Assembly (NCBI GenBank): GCA_949432885.1
Contig: CASQXY010000001.1
Location: 46,793 to 110,792, forward strand
Direction: 5' to 3'
DNA length: 64,000 nucleotides
Source: an uncultured bacterium
GTDB lineage: Bacteria; Bacillota; Clostridia; Christensenellales; CAG-917
Shown here: positions 1-9,481 of the stretch, piece after piece
How positions within the stretch are numbered: position 1 is the first letter of the stretch
Layout: each line of letters starts with the position of its first letter
Position numbers and translations under genes: made by a program
The notes under the pieces: generated by a model
Told to the model about the DNA's origin: nothing
The model's input: only the letters and a program-made list of their open reading frames with translations
Database searches by the model: none

Positions 1-637
1 CTATCTCTCTCGCAATTTGGACGAGCCTGTTGTTGACTATTTTATCCTCCTCGAGACCGTGGTCCTGAATCTCTATATAGAAATCGCCCTCGGCAAACAT
101 ATCGCGCATTCTTATCGCATACTGCTTCGCTTCCTCGTACTTTCCTGCGAGAATAAGACGCGGAATCTTTCCCGCAAGGCAGGCGGACAGGCATATAAGC
201 CCCTCGCTGTGCAAAGCTATATGCTCCAAGTCAACGCGCGGCTTCATATAAAAGCCGTCCACAAACGCCATCGACGAAAGCTTCATAAGGTTTTCATAGC
301 CCTTCTGATTTTTTGCCAGAAGTATCAAATGATAGCGCTGTTTGAGCACGTCCGTGGTCTTTACGTACATATCCTCCGCAACGTAAAACTCCTCGCCGAT
401 TATAGGCTTTATACCGTCGCCGCGCAACGTGGATACAAAGGAATGCACGCCGTACATATTGCCGTGGTCGGTAATCGCAACGGCATCCATTCCCATCCTT
501 TTAAGAGCGTCGCTCAGAGGATGGGTTTTCTTTGTCTTGTTGGGATTGTCGGGATTGGACACGGGTTGTATTATCCTCACCGCTCCGTCGAGCAGGCTGT
601 ATTCCGTGTGCAGATGAAGATGAACGAAATCTGTCAT
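1..637 (-). CDS. dnaE: DNA polymerase III alpha subunit, N-terminal part (runs off the window)
   Basis: Not in the ORF track. Manual minus-strand translation from ATG 637 gives MTDFVHLHLHTEYSLLDGA...AITDHGNMYG, the DnaE PHP domain. SD GAGGAG upstream. Confidence 0.95.
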   Translation of the reverse strand, partial: MTDFVHLHLHTEYSLLDGAVRIIQPVSNPDNPNKTKKTHPLSDALKRMGMDAVAITDHGNMYGVHSFVSTLRGDGIKPIIGEEFYVAEDMYVKTTDVLKQRYHLILLAKNQKGYENLMKLSSMAFVDGFYMKPRVDLEHIALHSEGLICLSACLAGKIPRLILAGKYEEAKQYAIRMRDMFAEGDFYIEIQDHGLEEDKIVNNRLVQIAREI

Positions 638-711
638 ATATCTCCTCTTCGGGCTTCGCCCGTTTTCGCAGGTTGTAGTTCTCTGTATTCGGACGGCGCG
701 CGCCGGCGATT

Positions 712-1677
712 TTATTCGCCTCCGTACGCCAGTGTTTCGATTTTTTTCAGTCTGTGGTGCAGACAGCTCTTTGTGACGCCCAGCATATCTGCAAGCTCCT
801 GCATGGAAGCCTCGGGATATTGCGCCCTCGCCTCCGCCGTATCGCGCAGAGAAATCGGGAGCTTTTCAAATTCGTCGCGGGTTTTCAGCTTTGCGATTGC
901 GATAACAAGCCTTGTTGATGCGGCGAAAGTCTTATCAAGATTCGCGGTTTCGCAAATAATCGCTCTATTGAGTTCGTTTGCCGTCTCGCGCTCGTCGATG
1001 ACGGTTTGAAGCCGTTTTGCGCTGTCAGCCAGCCCGAGCGTGCAAAGTATGCCTACGATTTCATCCTTATCCTTGACGTAAATGAGCTTGCCTCCGTTCC
1101 TGTCGCTCATGCGCGATTTTATCCGCAAATCGCTGAGCAATTCCATAACTCCGTCCGCAAATTCCTCGTCGTACAGCTGCAATTCAAAATGATAGCCCTG
1201 CTTTTTATCCTCATCCAAAACGGGCGCGTACACTCCGCCGCAGCCGAGGTATAAACCTTGAAAGTAAGCTCTCATACAGCACTGCTTCGTAAGGAGCTGT
1301 TGCGGCAGTCCGCGCGTGAAGTTCATCAGACCTTCGCCGTTTACGCTCATAAGCTCGAAATCTATAAGCGCCTGCTTTGCAAAGCCCTGAGGCACGGTCG
1401 TCTTGTACGTTCTTTTTTCTTTGTCGAAGCCGACGCGGTCGGTTTCGGGCGCCGTAATCGTGCATTCAACGGGATAAATGCTTTCGAGCATATCCGCGAT
1501 TTTACGCGCCGCTTCCGACGTATCCAGCAACAAGTTTAAGGTCTGTCTACGTCCCGTTCCTTCCAACGTTCCGCCGACCTTGAAAAGCGCCGACAAAAAC
1601 GCAATCTTGCAACACATATCGCTCGGCAATGCCGTAAGCAATTCCCTTTTGCTGTTTTCCTTAAACGTCGCTCCCAT
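712..1677 (-). CDS. whiA: DNA-binding protein WhiA
   Basis: LAGLIDADG-like domain (AYFQGLYLGCG, YHFEL), NR..CETANLDKT, and a C-terminal HTH (ASMQELA...TKSCLHHRL). Confidence 0.93.
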   Translation of the reverse strand: MGATFKENSKRELLTALPSDMCCKIAFLSALFKVGGTLEGTGRRQTLNLLLDTSEAARKIADMLESIYPVECTITAPETDRVGFDKEKRTYKTTVPQGFAKQALIDFELMSVNGEGLMNFTRGLPQQLLTKQCCMRAYFQGLYLGCGGVYAPVLDEDKKQGYHFELQLYDEEFADGVMELLSDLRIKSRMSDRNGGKLIYVKDKDEIVGILCTLGLADSAKRLQTVIDERETANELNRAIICETANLDKTFAASTRLVIAIAKLKTRDEFEKLPISLRDTAEARAQYPEASMQELADMLGVTKSCLHHRLKKIETLAYGGE

Positions 1678-2425
1678 ACGTCCAGTTCCTTTTATCCTTG
1701 AAGACGGGAAGTCTGCCGTCTATTCCGTATATTCTTTCGATAGGAACGTTATGTTCCTTCACAAACTTTTCCGCACCGCCGAATTTACCGGTACGCTTCG
1801 CGCTGTGCGCGTCGCTTCCGATGATAAACTTCACTTCCGATTTCAAGACTGCGTCTATACCCTGAGTTAGCGCGTCTATATGCTTTTCGTTAAGTTCCAG
1901 ATAAACGCCGTGCTTTGCCGCGCTCTCGCAAACCGCCTCGAAATCCACTGGCGCCAGATGACCAAGGTGAGCGATTATATCGACGGGATAGTTCTCCATG
2001 ACAAACAAATACGCCTCCGTGTTCTGACATATCAGCTTATCCTTTTTTGCGCGGCTTCCGAAGCCGTTTGTTCGCACCCACTTTCCGTCCTCGCCTGCGA
2101 AATCAGATAGGATAAATCTGTGAAACCCCGCAATAAGCACGTCGCATTTTTTGATTACGGAATGCGGCACGTCAAGCCTATGCCCCACTATATTGCCCTC
2201 AACGCCGTGGAGTATATCGATATTTCCGTTTTTCAGCTCGGCTATCCGCTCTCTTTGCGCCGCGAATTTTCTCTCGTTCAAACGGCACAACAGCGTTTGA
2301 AAGGAGTGGTCCGTAATCGCAATCTGCGAAAGCCCGAGCTTTTTTGCGGCGGCAAGATGACGGGAGATTGTAGCTCTTCCGTCGCTCGAAAATGTATGCA
2401 GATGATAGTCGCCCGAAATCCTCAA
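1661..2425 (-). CDS. PHP-domain phosphatase (YcdX-like)
   Basis: DYHLHT, ITDH, GVE, AHLG and GSDAH motifs. Likely TTG start at 2425 behind SD GGAG; the ORF track extends to 2500. Usual clostridial position after murB. Confidence 0.85.
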   Translation of the reverse strand: MRISGDYHLHTFSSDGRATISRHLAAAKKLGLSQIAITDHSFQTLLCRLNERKFAAQRERIAELKNGNIDILHGVEGNIVGHRLDVPHSVIKKCDVLIAGFHRFILSDFAGEDGKWVRTNGFGSRAKKDKLICQNTEAYLFVMENYPVDIIAHLGHLAPVDFEAVCESAAKHGVYLELNEKHIDALTQGIDAVLKSEVKFIIGSDAHSAKRTGKFGGAEKFVKEHNVPIERIYGIDGRLPVFKDKRNWTYGSDV

Positions 2426-2500
2426 TTTTTCTCTCCGTTTCAAATTGGCATAGCTTATTATGCACTCGGCGCGTTTGCGTGACGGCATTTCCGTCTGCAA

Positions 2501-3487
2501 TTACTTTACGTAAACAAATTCCCTTTGTATCCTTACGCCGTATTTTGCAAATACCTCTATTTCGCAAAGTCCTACGAGCGTCATAAAATCCTTTGCTGTC
2601 GCTCCGCCGACGTTGACTATAAAATTGCCGTGAAGCTCAGATATCATCGCGCCGCCTACTCGTGTTCCGCGCAGTCCGCACCCGTCTATAAGTTTTCCGC
2701 TCGGAATCTCACCGTTTTTGAAAACGCTTCCGCAGGACGGCTGTCTCGGTTGCTTTGCAAGTCTTAGTCCGAGATATTCGGAAGCCGTTTTCCGCGATTC
2801 CTGTGCCGAAACACTCTTCCCCTCGAACACCGCGCCTAGTATCACTCCCCCCGCGCCCTTTCTGTACCCGAAGCCGCATTCCCCTACGTCGAATTCCGCT
2901 ATGGCGCATAAATTTTCCACATCTCCGCCGGAAATTATGTCGCCGCGCGAATGGTTTGAATTTATATCGCCGATATAAGCGCAATTTACATAATCACTGT
3001 TTAACACGCGTATTTTGTGCACGTAATCCACCGTTTGCGCGCCGAACGCGCCCGCGTTCATATGCACAATGCCGCCAACGGTGGCAGGCACGCCCGTCAT
3101 AAATTCAAGACCTCCGAGCGAGTGCTCTCTCATATTCGTTATAACGTCGCTTATCCTCGCGCCGCTTCCCGCTATGACCTTATTCCCGTGAATTTCTATC
3201 CTGTCAAGTCCCTTGGTGGAAATAACGGGAGAAGCGCAAAGTCCGTCGGCAAGTATGACGTCGGAGCCGCCGCCGAGTATAAACGGGCAAACGCCATAGC
3301 GCAAAAAATGCCTGTATAGCCGCGTCAACTCGCTTTCGGTGCGAGGAGTAAATACGCACGCCTTGCCGCCGCCCTTGAACGTGGTGAGCTCGCAAGCGCT
3401 TTTGAGCGTATACGGAGTTGCGCACTCCGCCTGCGCACGGTCGCATATTCCTATAATACTGCCGATTTCCTTTTGCGTTTCAGACAT
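2501..3487 (-). CDS. murB: UDP-N-acetylenolpyruvoylglucosamine reductase
   Basis: GGGSD, GLEF..GVPATVGG..MNAGA, QP..PSCGSVFKN and ISELHGNFIVN motifs. Confidence 0.95.
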   Translation of the reverse strand: MSETQKEIGSIIGICDRAQAECATPYTLKSACELTTFKGGGKACVFTPRTESELTRLYRHFLRYGVCPFILGGGSDVILADGLCASPVISTKGLDRIEIHGNKVIAGSGARISDVITNMREHSLGGLEFMTGVPATVGGIVHMNAGAFGAQTVDYVHKIRVLNSDYVNCAYIGDINSNHSRGDIISGGDVENLCAIAEFDVGECGFGYRKGAGGVILGAVFEGKSVSAQESRKTASEYLGLRLAKQPRQPSCGSVFKNGEIPSGKLIDGCGLRGTRVGGAMISELHGNFIVNVGGATAKDFMTLVGLCEIEVFAKYGVRIQREFVYVK

Positions 3488-3522
3488 AGAATCATTCTAT
3501 GCCGAATGCAAAGCGTTGTATA
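3488..3522 (-). promoter_or_regulatory. SigA-like promoter abutting the murB start (putative leaderless)
   Basis: TATACA-17 nt-TAGAAT-6 nt-ATG, no SD. Confidence 0.55.
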
Positions 3523-3544
3523 TTATACTATAAAACTTTTTCTA

Positions 3545-5377
3545 TTACAAGTCGCTCGGGGCATTGTTTTTTGCGGTAAGCGCGGCAAGCTGTTCGAGAA
3601 TATACTCCGCCTTGCTGTGGGATATGCCGTCCAATTCGGCGAGCTCCTCCGCCGTCTTATGCTTTATATCCTCGACTGAGCCGAAACGCTTTATAAGCGC
3701 GTTGGCGGTTTTGTCTCCAACTCCCTTTATGTTCCTTAGCACGCTCTCGCTAAGGTGCTTGCTTCTCAGCGACCTATGGAAGGTTATTGCAAATCTGTGC
3801 GATTCGTCCCTCACCCTTTGCAATAGCTGTAAAGCTACGCTGTCCTTGGGCAGAATGACGGGAGAGGTCGGGTCGCTGCCGAGGAACACCTCCTCCTCCC
3901 TCTTGGCAAGCGAGATTATCTCTATGTCCTGTTTGCCCGTCGCCGCCTGCGCCTCTTTTGCGTATGCAAGCTGTCCCTTTCCGCCGTCTATGAGCAACAG
4001 GTCGGGAACGCTCGAAAAGCTCTCGTCCTCATCGTCCAGTTTGAGCAGACGTCTTGTGAGCACCTCTCGCATACACGCGAAATCGTTGTTGCCCTCTACG
4101 GTTTTTATTTTGAATTTGCGATAGTGCGCCTTCTTCGGCTGTCCGCCCTCGAACACCACCATGCTCGCGACCTTATCCGTGCCCGAGATATGAGATATGT
4201 CGTAGCCCTCTATCCTGTTCGGCAGGGTTTTCAGCCCCAGAAGCTCGGCGAGCTGTCTCACCGCGCCCGTTGTACGAAGCTCCTTGCGCTCGTCCTGCGT
4301 GCCGTACTTGATCATAGCGTCATAGGCGTTTGAATGAGCGAGTTCGAGAAGCTGTTTACGCACGCCCTGCTTAGGCTCCACAACGCGGACGGTATGCGAG
4401 CACAGCTTGTTTACGGCGTTTTCTAGGCTTAAAATATCCTCCGACCCATCCGTCACAATCTCGTCGCAAAGAGGAGCGTTGTTGACATAGTACTGATAAA
4501 TGTAAGAAGCCAAATCCTCATCTGCCGCGGTAGACGTAAAGTTTTCGCCGCCTACCAGCTTGCCTCCGCGCACGACAAGCATATTTATCGCTGAGATTAT
4601 TCCGTTGGATTCAAATGCGAAAATATCCAAATTGAACTCCTTGGGGAGCGCGCTGACCTGCTTTCTTACGATTTTTTCAAGCACGCGGAGCTTATTGCGA
4701 TAGTTGAGCGCAACCTCGAAATTTTCCTCCTCCGCAAATCTCATCATCTTTTCGTTGAGGACCCTTTCCACCTCTCTGTCGTTGCCTCGAAGGAAATCCA
4801 CAACCTTTTGCACCTCCGCCTTATACGTCTCGCTCGAAATCTCTCCCGAGCAAGGCGCAAGGCATCTTCCCAAATGCTTATTAAGACAAGGTCTCGACGT
4901 TTTGCTCAAATCCCTGCCGCAGTCGCGCACACAGAAAGCCGTGTGAATAAGGTCGGTTATATCGCGCACGTTGACGGACTGCATATACGGTCCGAAATAC
5001 TTAGCGCCGTCGTTTTTCAGTTTTCTCACAACCTCGATACGCGGAAAGGACTGTTTCATATCTATACGCAAAAACGGATATGATTTATCGTCTTTGAGCA
5101 TAATGTTGTATCTCGGCGTATGCTTTTTTATCAGATTGTTTTCGGTCACAAGCGCGTCGACCTCGCTCGCGCAAATGATATATCTGAAATCATCCACATG
5201 TTCGAGCATAGCCATAACCTTCGCCGTACGGTTGGAGAGATTGAAAAAATAGGATTTCAGGCGGTTTTTGAGATTTTTTGCCTTCCCCACATAGATAATC
5301 TCCCCCTTAGCGTCGAGCATCATATATACGCCGGGGGCTGTGGGCACGTCCTTTAATTTCGCCTTGAAATCAACCAT
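3545..5377 (-). CDS. uvrC: Excinuclease ABC subunit C
   Basis: GIY-YIG (PGVY...YVGKAKNL), YDISH, LLIDGGKGQ, RDESHRFA and HhH motifs. Start set at MVDFKAK. Confidence 0.97.
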   Translation of the reverse strand: MVDFKAKLKDVPTAPGVYMMLDAKGEIIYVGKAKNLKNRLKSYFFNLSNRTAKVMAMLEHVDDFRYIICASEVDALVTENNLIKKHTPRYNIMLKDDKSYPFLRIDMKQSFPRIEVVRKLKNDGAKYFGPYMQSVNVRDITDLIHTAFCVRDCGRDLSKTSRPCLNKHLGRCLAPCSGEISSETYKAEVQKVVDFLRGNDREVERVLNEKMMRFAEEENFEVALNYRNKLRVLEKIVRKQVSALPKEFNLDIFAFESNGIISAINMLVVRGGKLVGGENFTSTAADEDLASYIYQYYVNNAPLCDEIVTDGSEDILSLENAVNKLCSHTVRVVEPKQGVRKQLLELAHSNAYDAMIKYGTQDERKELRTTGAVRQLAELLGLKTLPNRIEGYDISHISGTDKVASMVVFEGGQPKKAHYRKFKIKTVEGNNDFACMREVLTRRLLKLDDEDESFSSVPDLLLIDGGKGQLAYAKEAQAATGKQDIEIISLAKREEEVFLGSDPTSPVILPKDSVALQLLQRVRDESHRFAITFHRSLRSKHLSESVLRNIKGVGDKTANALIKRFGSVEDIKHKTAEELAELDGISHSKAEYILEQLAALTAKNNAPSDL

Positions 5378-5413
5378 GTATAAATTATACCCTACATTTA
5401 TACTAATAGTAAA
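5378..5413 (-). promoter_or_regulatory. SigA-like promoter abutting the uvrC start (putative leaderless)
   Basis: TTTACT-18 nt-TATAAT-6 nt-ATG, no SD. Confidence 0.6.
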
Positions 5414-5503
5414 GTAAAAGACCGAGTAGGATGCAAACAAAATAAGCGCTAAACGACACCCCGCCCGGCGTATGATTGTCCGTTATGCCGATTTATGCAG
5501 ACA

Positions 5504-5531
5504 AACGCCCGAATCTTGGGATTCGGGCGTT
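5504..5531 (-). terminator. Intrinsic terminator after the hydrogenase operon
   Basis: AACGCCCGAATC-ttgg-GATTCGGGCGTT inverted repeat. Confidence 0.75.
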
Positions 5532-5592
5532 CAGATTTTTTAGACTTTTATGACGCGAAGCAGACTTCGCAAAACCGTTCTGCTGACCTATA

Positions 5593-7332
5593 TCAGTGCT
5601 TGGAGCGGGGAACGTAGGAAGTATGCAGTATCTCATGCGCCTTGTGGCTGTTCGGCTCTCCGAGGAACTCTTTATACAGTTGTTGCACTGCGGGATTCTC
5701 GTGAGATTTACGCATCTTCATAGCCGCGTCCTGAGCGTAGATAGACTTTGCGCGCTCGCCCTTTATATCTTTGTTGTTACGCACAAACGCGCTCTTTATG
5801 GGCTGTCCTCCGCCGTTTACGCAACCGCCGGGACAAGACATAATCTCGATGAAGTCGTAATTGGATTTACCCGCTCTGACGTCTTCCATAATCTTTCTCG
5901 CATTCGCAAGACCGGAAGCCACACACACACGGACAGTCTGTCCTGCGAGATTGTATTCCGCTTCCTTTATGCCTTCCGTTCCGCGAACCTCGTTGAAATC
6001 TAGAGACGGAGCTTCCTTGCCGACGACGACCTCGTACACCGTACGCAGAGCCGCTTCCATAACGCCGCCCGTTGCTCCGAAGATAAGACCCGCGCCCGAG
6101 AAAATGCCGAGAGGACTGTCAAACTGCTCGTCGGGCAATTCGTCAAAGATTATGCCCGCGCGCTTAATCAGCTTGGCAAGCTCTCTCGTGGTGAGCGCGT
6201 AGTCGATATCGGGTACGCCCGCAGCGTTCTGATTGCCTCTGCCCCTTTCAAACTTCTTCGCCGTGCAAGGCATAATGGACACAACCACCATATCCTTGGG
6301 GTCAATGCCCAGCTTTTCCGCATAATACGTCTTGCAGACCGCGCCGAACATCTGCTGCGGCGATTTGCAACTCGACAGGTGGTCGAGCTGGTCGGGGAAG
6401 TTATGCTCGCAGAATTTAATCCAAGCGGGAGAACAGCTCGTAATCATAGGAAGCGTTCCGCCGTTTTTGAGTCTTCCGAGGAATTCCGTTCCCTCTTCCA
6501 TAATCGTAAGGTCCGCGCCGAAGTTGACATCGAACACGTCGTCGAAGCCGAGTCTGCGCATAGCCGCGACCATTTTGCCCTCTACGTTCGTTCCGATAGG
6601 CATTCCGAACTCTTCTCCGAGTCCGACGCGCACTGAGGGCGCCGCAGCGACGATAACGCGCTTTGATGGGTCGTTTATTACGTTGAGAACGTCGTCAATC
6701 TGTTCCATTTCGGTAAGTGCGCCGGTGGGGCAAGCGACTATACATTGTCCGCAACCCACGCAAGCGGTTTCCGAAAGGGGCTTTTCAAATGCGCATGCTA
6801 TATGAGTGTCAAAGCCTCTGCCGTTCGCGCCGATAACCGCGACAGACTGATACTCCTTACATACTGCCGTACAACGGCGGCAGAGCACGCATTTGCTGTT
6901 GTCGCGAATGAGGTACGGAGTGCTTCCGTCGATAGACGCCTCCGTCTTGACTCCCTCGTATTTTGCAGCGTCGCAACCGAGGTCCGCAGACAGCGTCTGC
7001 AACTCGCAGTTGTTGTTTCTCACACAGCTGAGGCACGCCCTGTTATGGTTGGAGAGCAACAGCTCGACAGTAGCTTTTCTCGAAGCTCTTACGTTTTGAG
7101 TGTTTGTAAACACCTCCATACCCTCGTTCACGGGATATACGCAGGCGGCGACAAGGCTTCTTGCGCCCTTAACCTCGCAAACGCACACGCGGCACGCTCC
7201 GATTTCGTTCACGCCTTTGAGATAGCAGAGAGTGGGAATTTTAATACCGGCGACCTTAGCCGCGTCCAAAATTGTAGTTCCCTCCTCGACCTGCACGGGA
7301 ATATTGTTTATCTTTACGTTTACCAATGCCAT
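5593..7332 (-). CDS. hydA: [FeFe]-hydrogenase catalytic subunit (HydA/HndD, group A3-like)
   Basis: H-cluster motifs TSCSPAW, MPCTAKKFE and EIMSCPGGCVNGGGQP; N-terminal 2Fe-2S, His-ligated and 2x[4Fe-4S] domains. Confidence 0.97.
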   Translation of the reverse strand: MALVNVKINNIPVQVEEGTTILDAAKVAGIKIPTLCYLKGVNEIGACRVCVCEVKGARSLVAACVYPVNEGMEVFTNTQNVRASRKATVELLLSNHNRACLSCVRNNNCELQTLSADLGCDAAKYEGVKTEASIDGSTPYLIRDNSKCVLCRRCTAVCKEYQSVAVIGANGRGFDTHIACAFEKPLSETACVGCGQCIVACPTGALTEMEQIDDVLNVINDPSKRVIVAAAPSVRVGLGEEFGMPIGTNVEGKMVAAMRRLGFDDVFDVNFGADLTIMEEGTEFLGRLKNGGTLPMITSCSPAWIKFCEHNFPDQLDHLSSCKSPQQMFGAVCKTYYAEKLGIDPKDMVVVSIMPCTAKKFERGRGNQNAAGVPDIDYALTTRELAKLIKRAGIIFDELPDEQFDSPLGIFSGAGLIFGATGGVMEAALRTVYEVVVGKEAPSLDFNEVRGTEGIKEAEYNLAGQTVRVCVASGLANARKIMEDVRAGKSNYDFIEIMSCPGGCVNGGGQPIKSAFVRNNKDIKGERAKSIYAQDAAMKMRKSHENPAVQQLYKEFLGEPNSHKAHEILHTSYVPRSKH

Positions 7333-7344
7333 AGTACACCTCTA

Positions 7345-9132
7345 TTATTCTTTGATGATTGCGCCGAACTTACAAGTTGCGATACACTGTCCGCACTTGA
7401 TGCACTTCGCCTGATCGATGTCGAATTTCTTCTTGATTTCACCCGAAATAGCGTTCACGGGACACTTTCTGGAACACGCCGAGCATCCGATACACTTATC
7501 CGTAATCTTGAACTGAATGAGTCTCTTACAGACGTGCGCGGGGCAGCGGTGCTCTTTTATGTGAGCCTCGTATTCGTCGCGGAAGTAACGCAACGTCGAA
7601 AGCACGGGGTTTGGCGCGGTTTGTCCGAGACCGCACAGAGAGTTCGACTTTATGTAATAACAGAGCTGTTCCATATCGTCAAGGTCCTGCATAGTAGCCT
7701 TGCCGCTTGTAATCTTGTCGAGATATTCAAGCAGACGGCGGTTGCCTATACGGCAAGGAGTGCACTTTCCGCAGCTCTCGTCCACCGTAAATTCGAGGAA
7801 GAATTTGGCGATGTCCACCATACAGTTGTCCTCGTCCATAACAATCATTCCGCCCGAACCCATCATAGAGCCGATAGAAATGAGGTTATCGTAGTCGATT
7901 GGAATATCGAGGTGTTCCGCGGGAATACATCCGCCCGAAGGTCCGCCCGTCTGAGCCGCCTTAAACTTCTTTCCGTTGGGAATGCCGCCGCCGATATCCT
8001 CGACTATTTCACGCAAGGTAGTACCCATGGGGATTTCGACAAGACCCGTGTTGACAATCTTTCCGCCGAGCGCGAAGACCTTCGTACCCTTGGACTTTTC
8101 CGTACCCATGGAAGCGAACCACTCCGCTCCGTTGAGGATAATTTGAGTAATGTTCGCGTAAGTTTCTACGTTGTTCAGAATCGTCGGCTTTGCAAACAGA
8201 CCCTTGACCGCGGGGAACGGAGGACGGGGACGCGGCTCGCCGCGATGACCTTCTATGGAAGTCATAAGCGCGGTTTCCTCACCGCATACGAACGCTCCCG
8301 AGCCGAGCTTCAATTCGATATCGAAAGCGAATCCCGTTCCGAGGATGTTGTCGCCGAGCAGACCGTACTCTCTCGACTGAGCGATTGCTATTTTCAGACG
8401 GTCGACCGCGATAGGATACTCCGCGCGCACGTAAATATAGCCTTGATGAGAACCGATAGCGTATCCCGCGATAGTCATGGCTTCAAGCACCGCATGGGGG
8501 TCGCCTTCGAGCACCGACCTGTCCATAAACGCGCCGGGGTCGCCCTCGTCCGCGTTACAGCATACGTATTTTGTGTCATTATTCTGATTTTTTGCAAACT
8601 GCCATTTCACTCCCGTGGGGAAGCCTGCGCCTCCTCTTCCGCGAAGACCGGACGCCTTGACGATATCGATAACCTGCTGGGGGTCGAGCTCCGTCAGACA
8701 TTTGATGAGCGCCTGATAACCGTCACGCGCGATATATTCGTCTATGGCCTCGGGATTTATCACGCCGCAGTTGCGAAGCGCGACGCGGGTCTGCTTTTTG
8801 TAGAAATTGGTGTCAGAAAGCGCCTTTACGGGCTTGTTGCCGAGCGCCTTTTCATGATAGAGGAACTTTTCGACAAGTCTGCCCTTTACGATATGCTCCT
8901 CGATAATCTCGGGAACGTCCTCCACCTTAATTCCGCTGTAAAACGCTCCTTCGGGGTAAATGATGATGATAGGACCGACCGCGCAAAGACCGAAACAGCC
9001 CGTGCCCACCACAAGCACGTCGTCCTGTAAATTTTTTTGCTTGATTTGCTCTTCAAATGCCTCGCGGATTTTGCCGCTGTTGTTGGAATGACAACCCGTT
9101 CCGCCGCAAACCAGTATATGGGTTCTGTACAT
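7345..9132 (-). CDS. hydB: NuoF-like FMN/NAD(P)H subunit of the bifurcating hydrogenase (HydB/HndC)
   Basis: GLRGRGGAGFPTG, NADEGDPGA, ESCGKCTPCR, and a C-terminal 2x[4Fe-4S] domain. Confidence 0.96.
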   Translation of the reverse strand: MYRTHILVCGGTGCHSNNSGKIREAFEEQIKQKNLQDDVLVVGTGCFGLCAVGPIIIIYPEGAFYSGIKVEDVPEIIEEHIVKGRLVEKFLYHEKALGNKPVKALSDTNFYKKQTRVALRNCGVINPEAIDEYIARDGYQALIKCLTELDPQQVIDIVKASGLRGRGGAGFPTGVKWQFAKNQNNDTKYVCCNADEGDPGAFMDRSVLEGDPHAVLEAMTIAGYAIGSHQGYIYVRAEYPIAVDRLKIAIAQSREYGLLGDNILGTGFAFDIELKLGSGAFVCGEETALMTSIEGHRGEPRPRPPFPAVKGLFAKPTILNNVETYANITQIILNGAEWFASMGTEKSKGTKVFALGGKIVNTGLVEIPMGTTLREIVEDIGGGIPNGKKFKAAQTGGPSGGCIPAEHLDIPIDYDNLISIGSMMGSGGMIVMDEDNCMVDIAKFFLEFTVDESCGKCTPCRIGNRRLLEYLDKITSGKATMQDLDDMEQLCYYIKSNSLCGLGQTAPNPVLSTLRYFRDEYEAHIKEHRCPAHVCKRLIQFKITDKCIGCSACSRKCPVNAISGEIKKKFDIDQAKCIKCGQCIATCKFGAIIKE

Positions 9133-9148
9133 TATGTTTTCCTCCCTT

Positions 9149-9481
9149 TTACGCTTGTATGTTATTTAGGATTTCGAGAGCCTTTGCGGCGTCTACGTTC
9201 TTATATGTCGCAACGTCCTTTTCGGGCACGTGAACTTCCACGACAGGTTCGTCTTCGCAATTTCCGAGGCAACCCGTACGCGTCACGCGAACGCCCGCGA
9301 GTCCGCGTTCTTCAATCGCGTCCACCAGCGTGTTGAACACCGTGCGCGCTCCCGCATTCAAGCCGCAGGTGCCCATACCGACTACGATATGTATCTCCTT
9401 CTCGGCGTCGGCATTGTCGCGCAAACCGACGTGCGACCGCATTGCATCTCTGATTGCCATGATATCGGCGATGCTCTTCAT
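9149..9481 (-). CDS. hndB: Thioredoxin-like [2Fe-2S] subunit (HndB/HydD)
   Basis: VGMGTCGLNAGA and TGCLGNCEDEP motifs; operon position. Confidence 0.88.
   Translation of the reverse strand: MKSIADIMAIRDAMRSHVGLRDNADAEKEIHIVVGMGTCGLNAGARTVFNTLVDAIEERGLAGVRVTRTGCLGNCEDEPVVEVHVPEKDVATYKNVDAAKALEILNNIQA

Noticed and set aside
17-1009. 330-aa plus-strand ORF
   Set aside because: Antisense shadow of dnaE and whiA; no SD or motifs, and the minus strand is clearly coding.
6745-9030. 761-aa plus-strand ORF
   Set aside because: Antisense shadow of hydB and hydA caused by codon bias; no recognisable domain.
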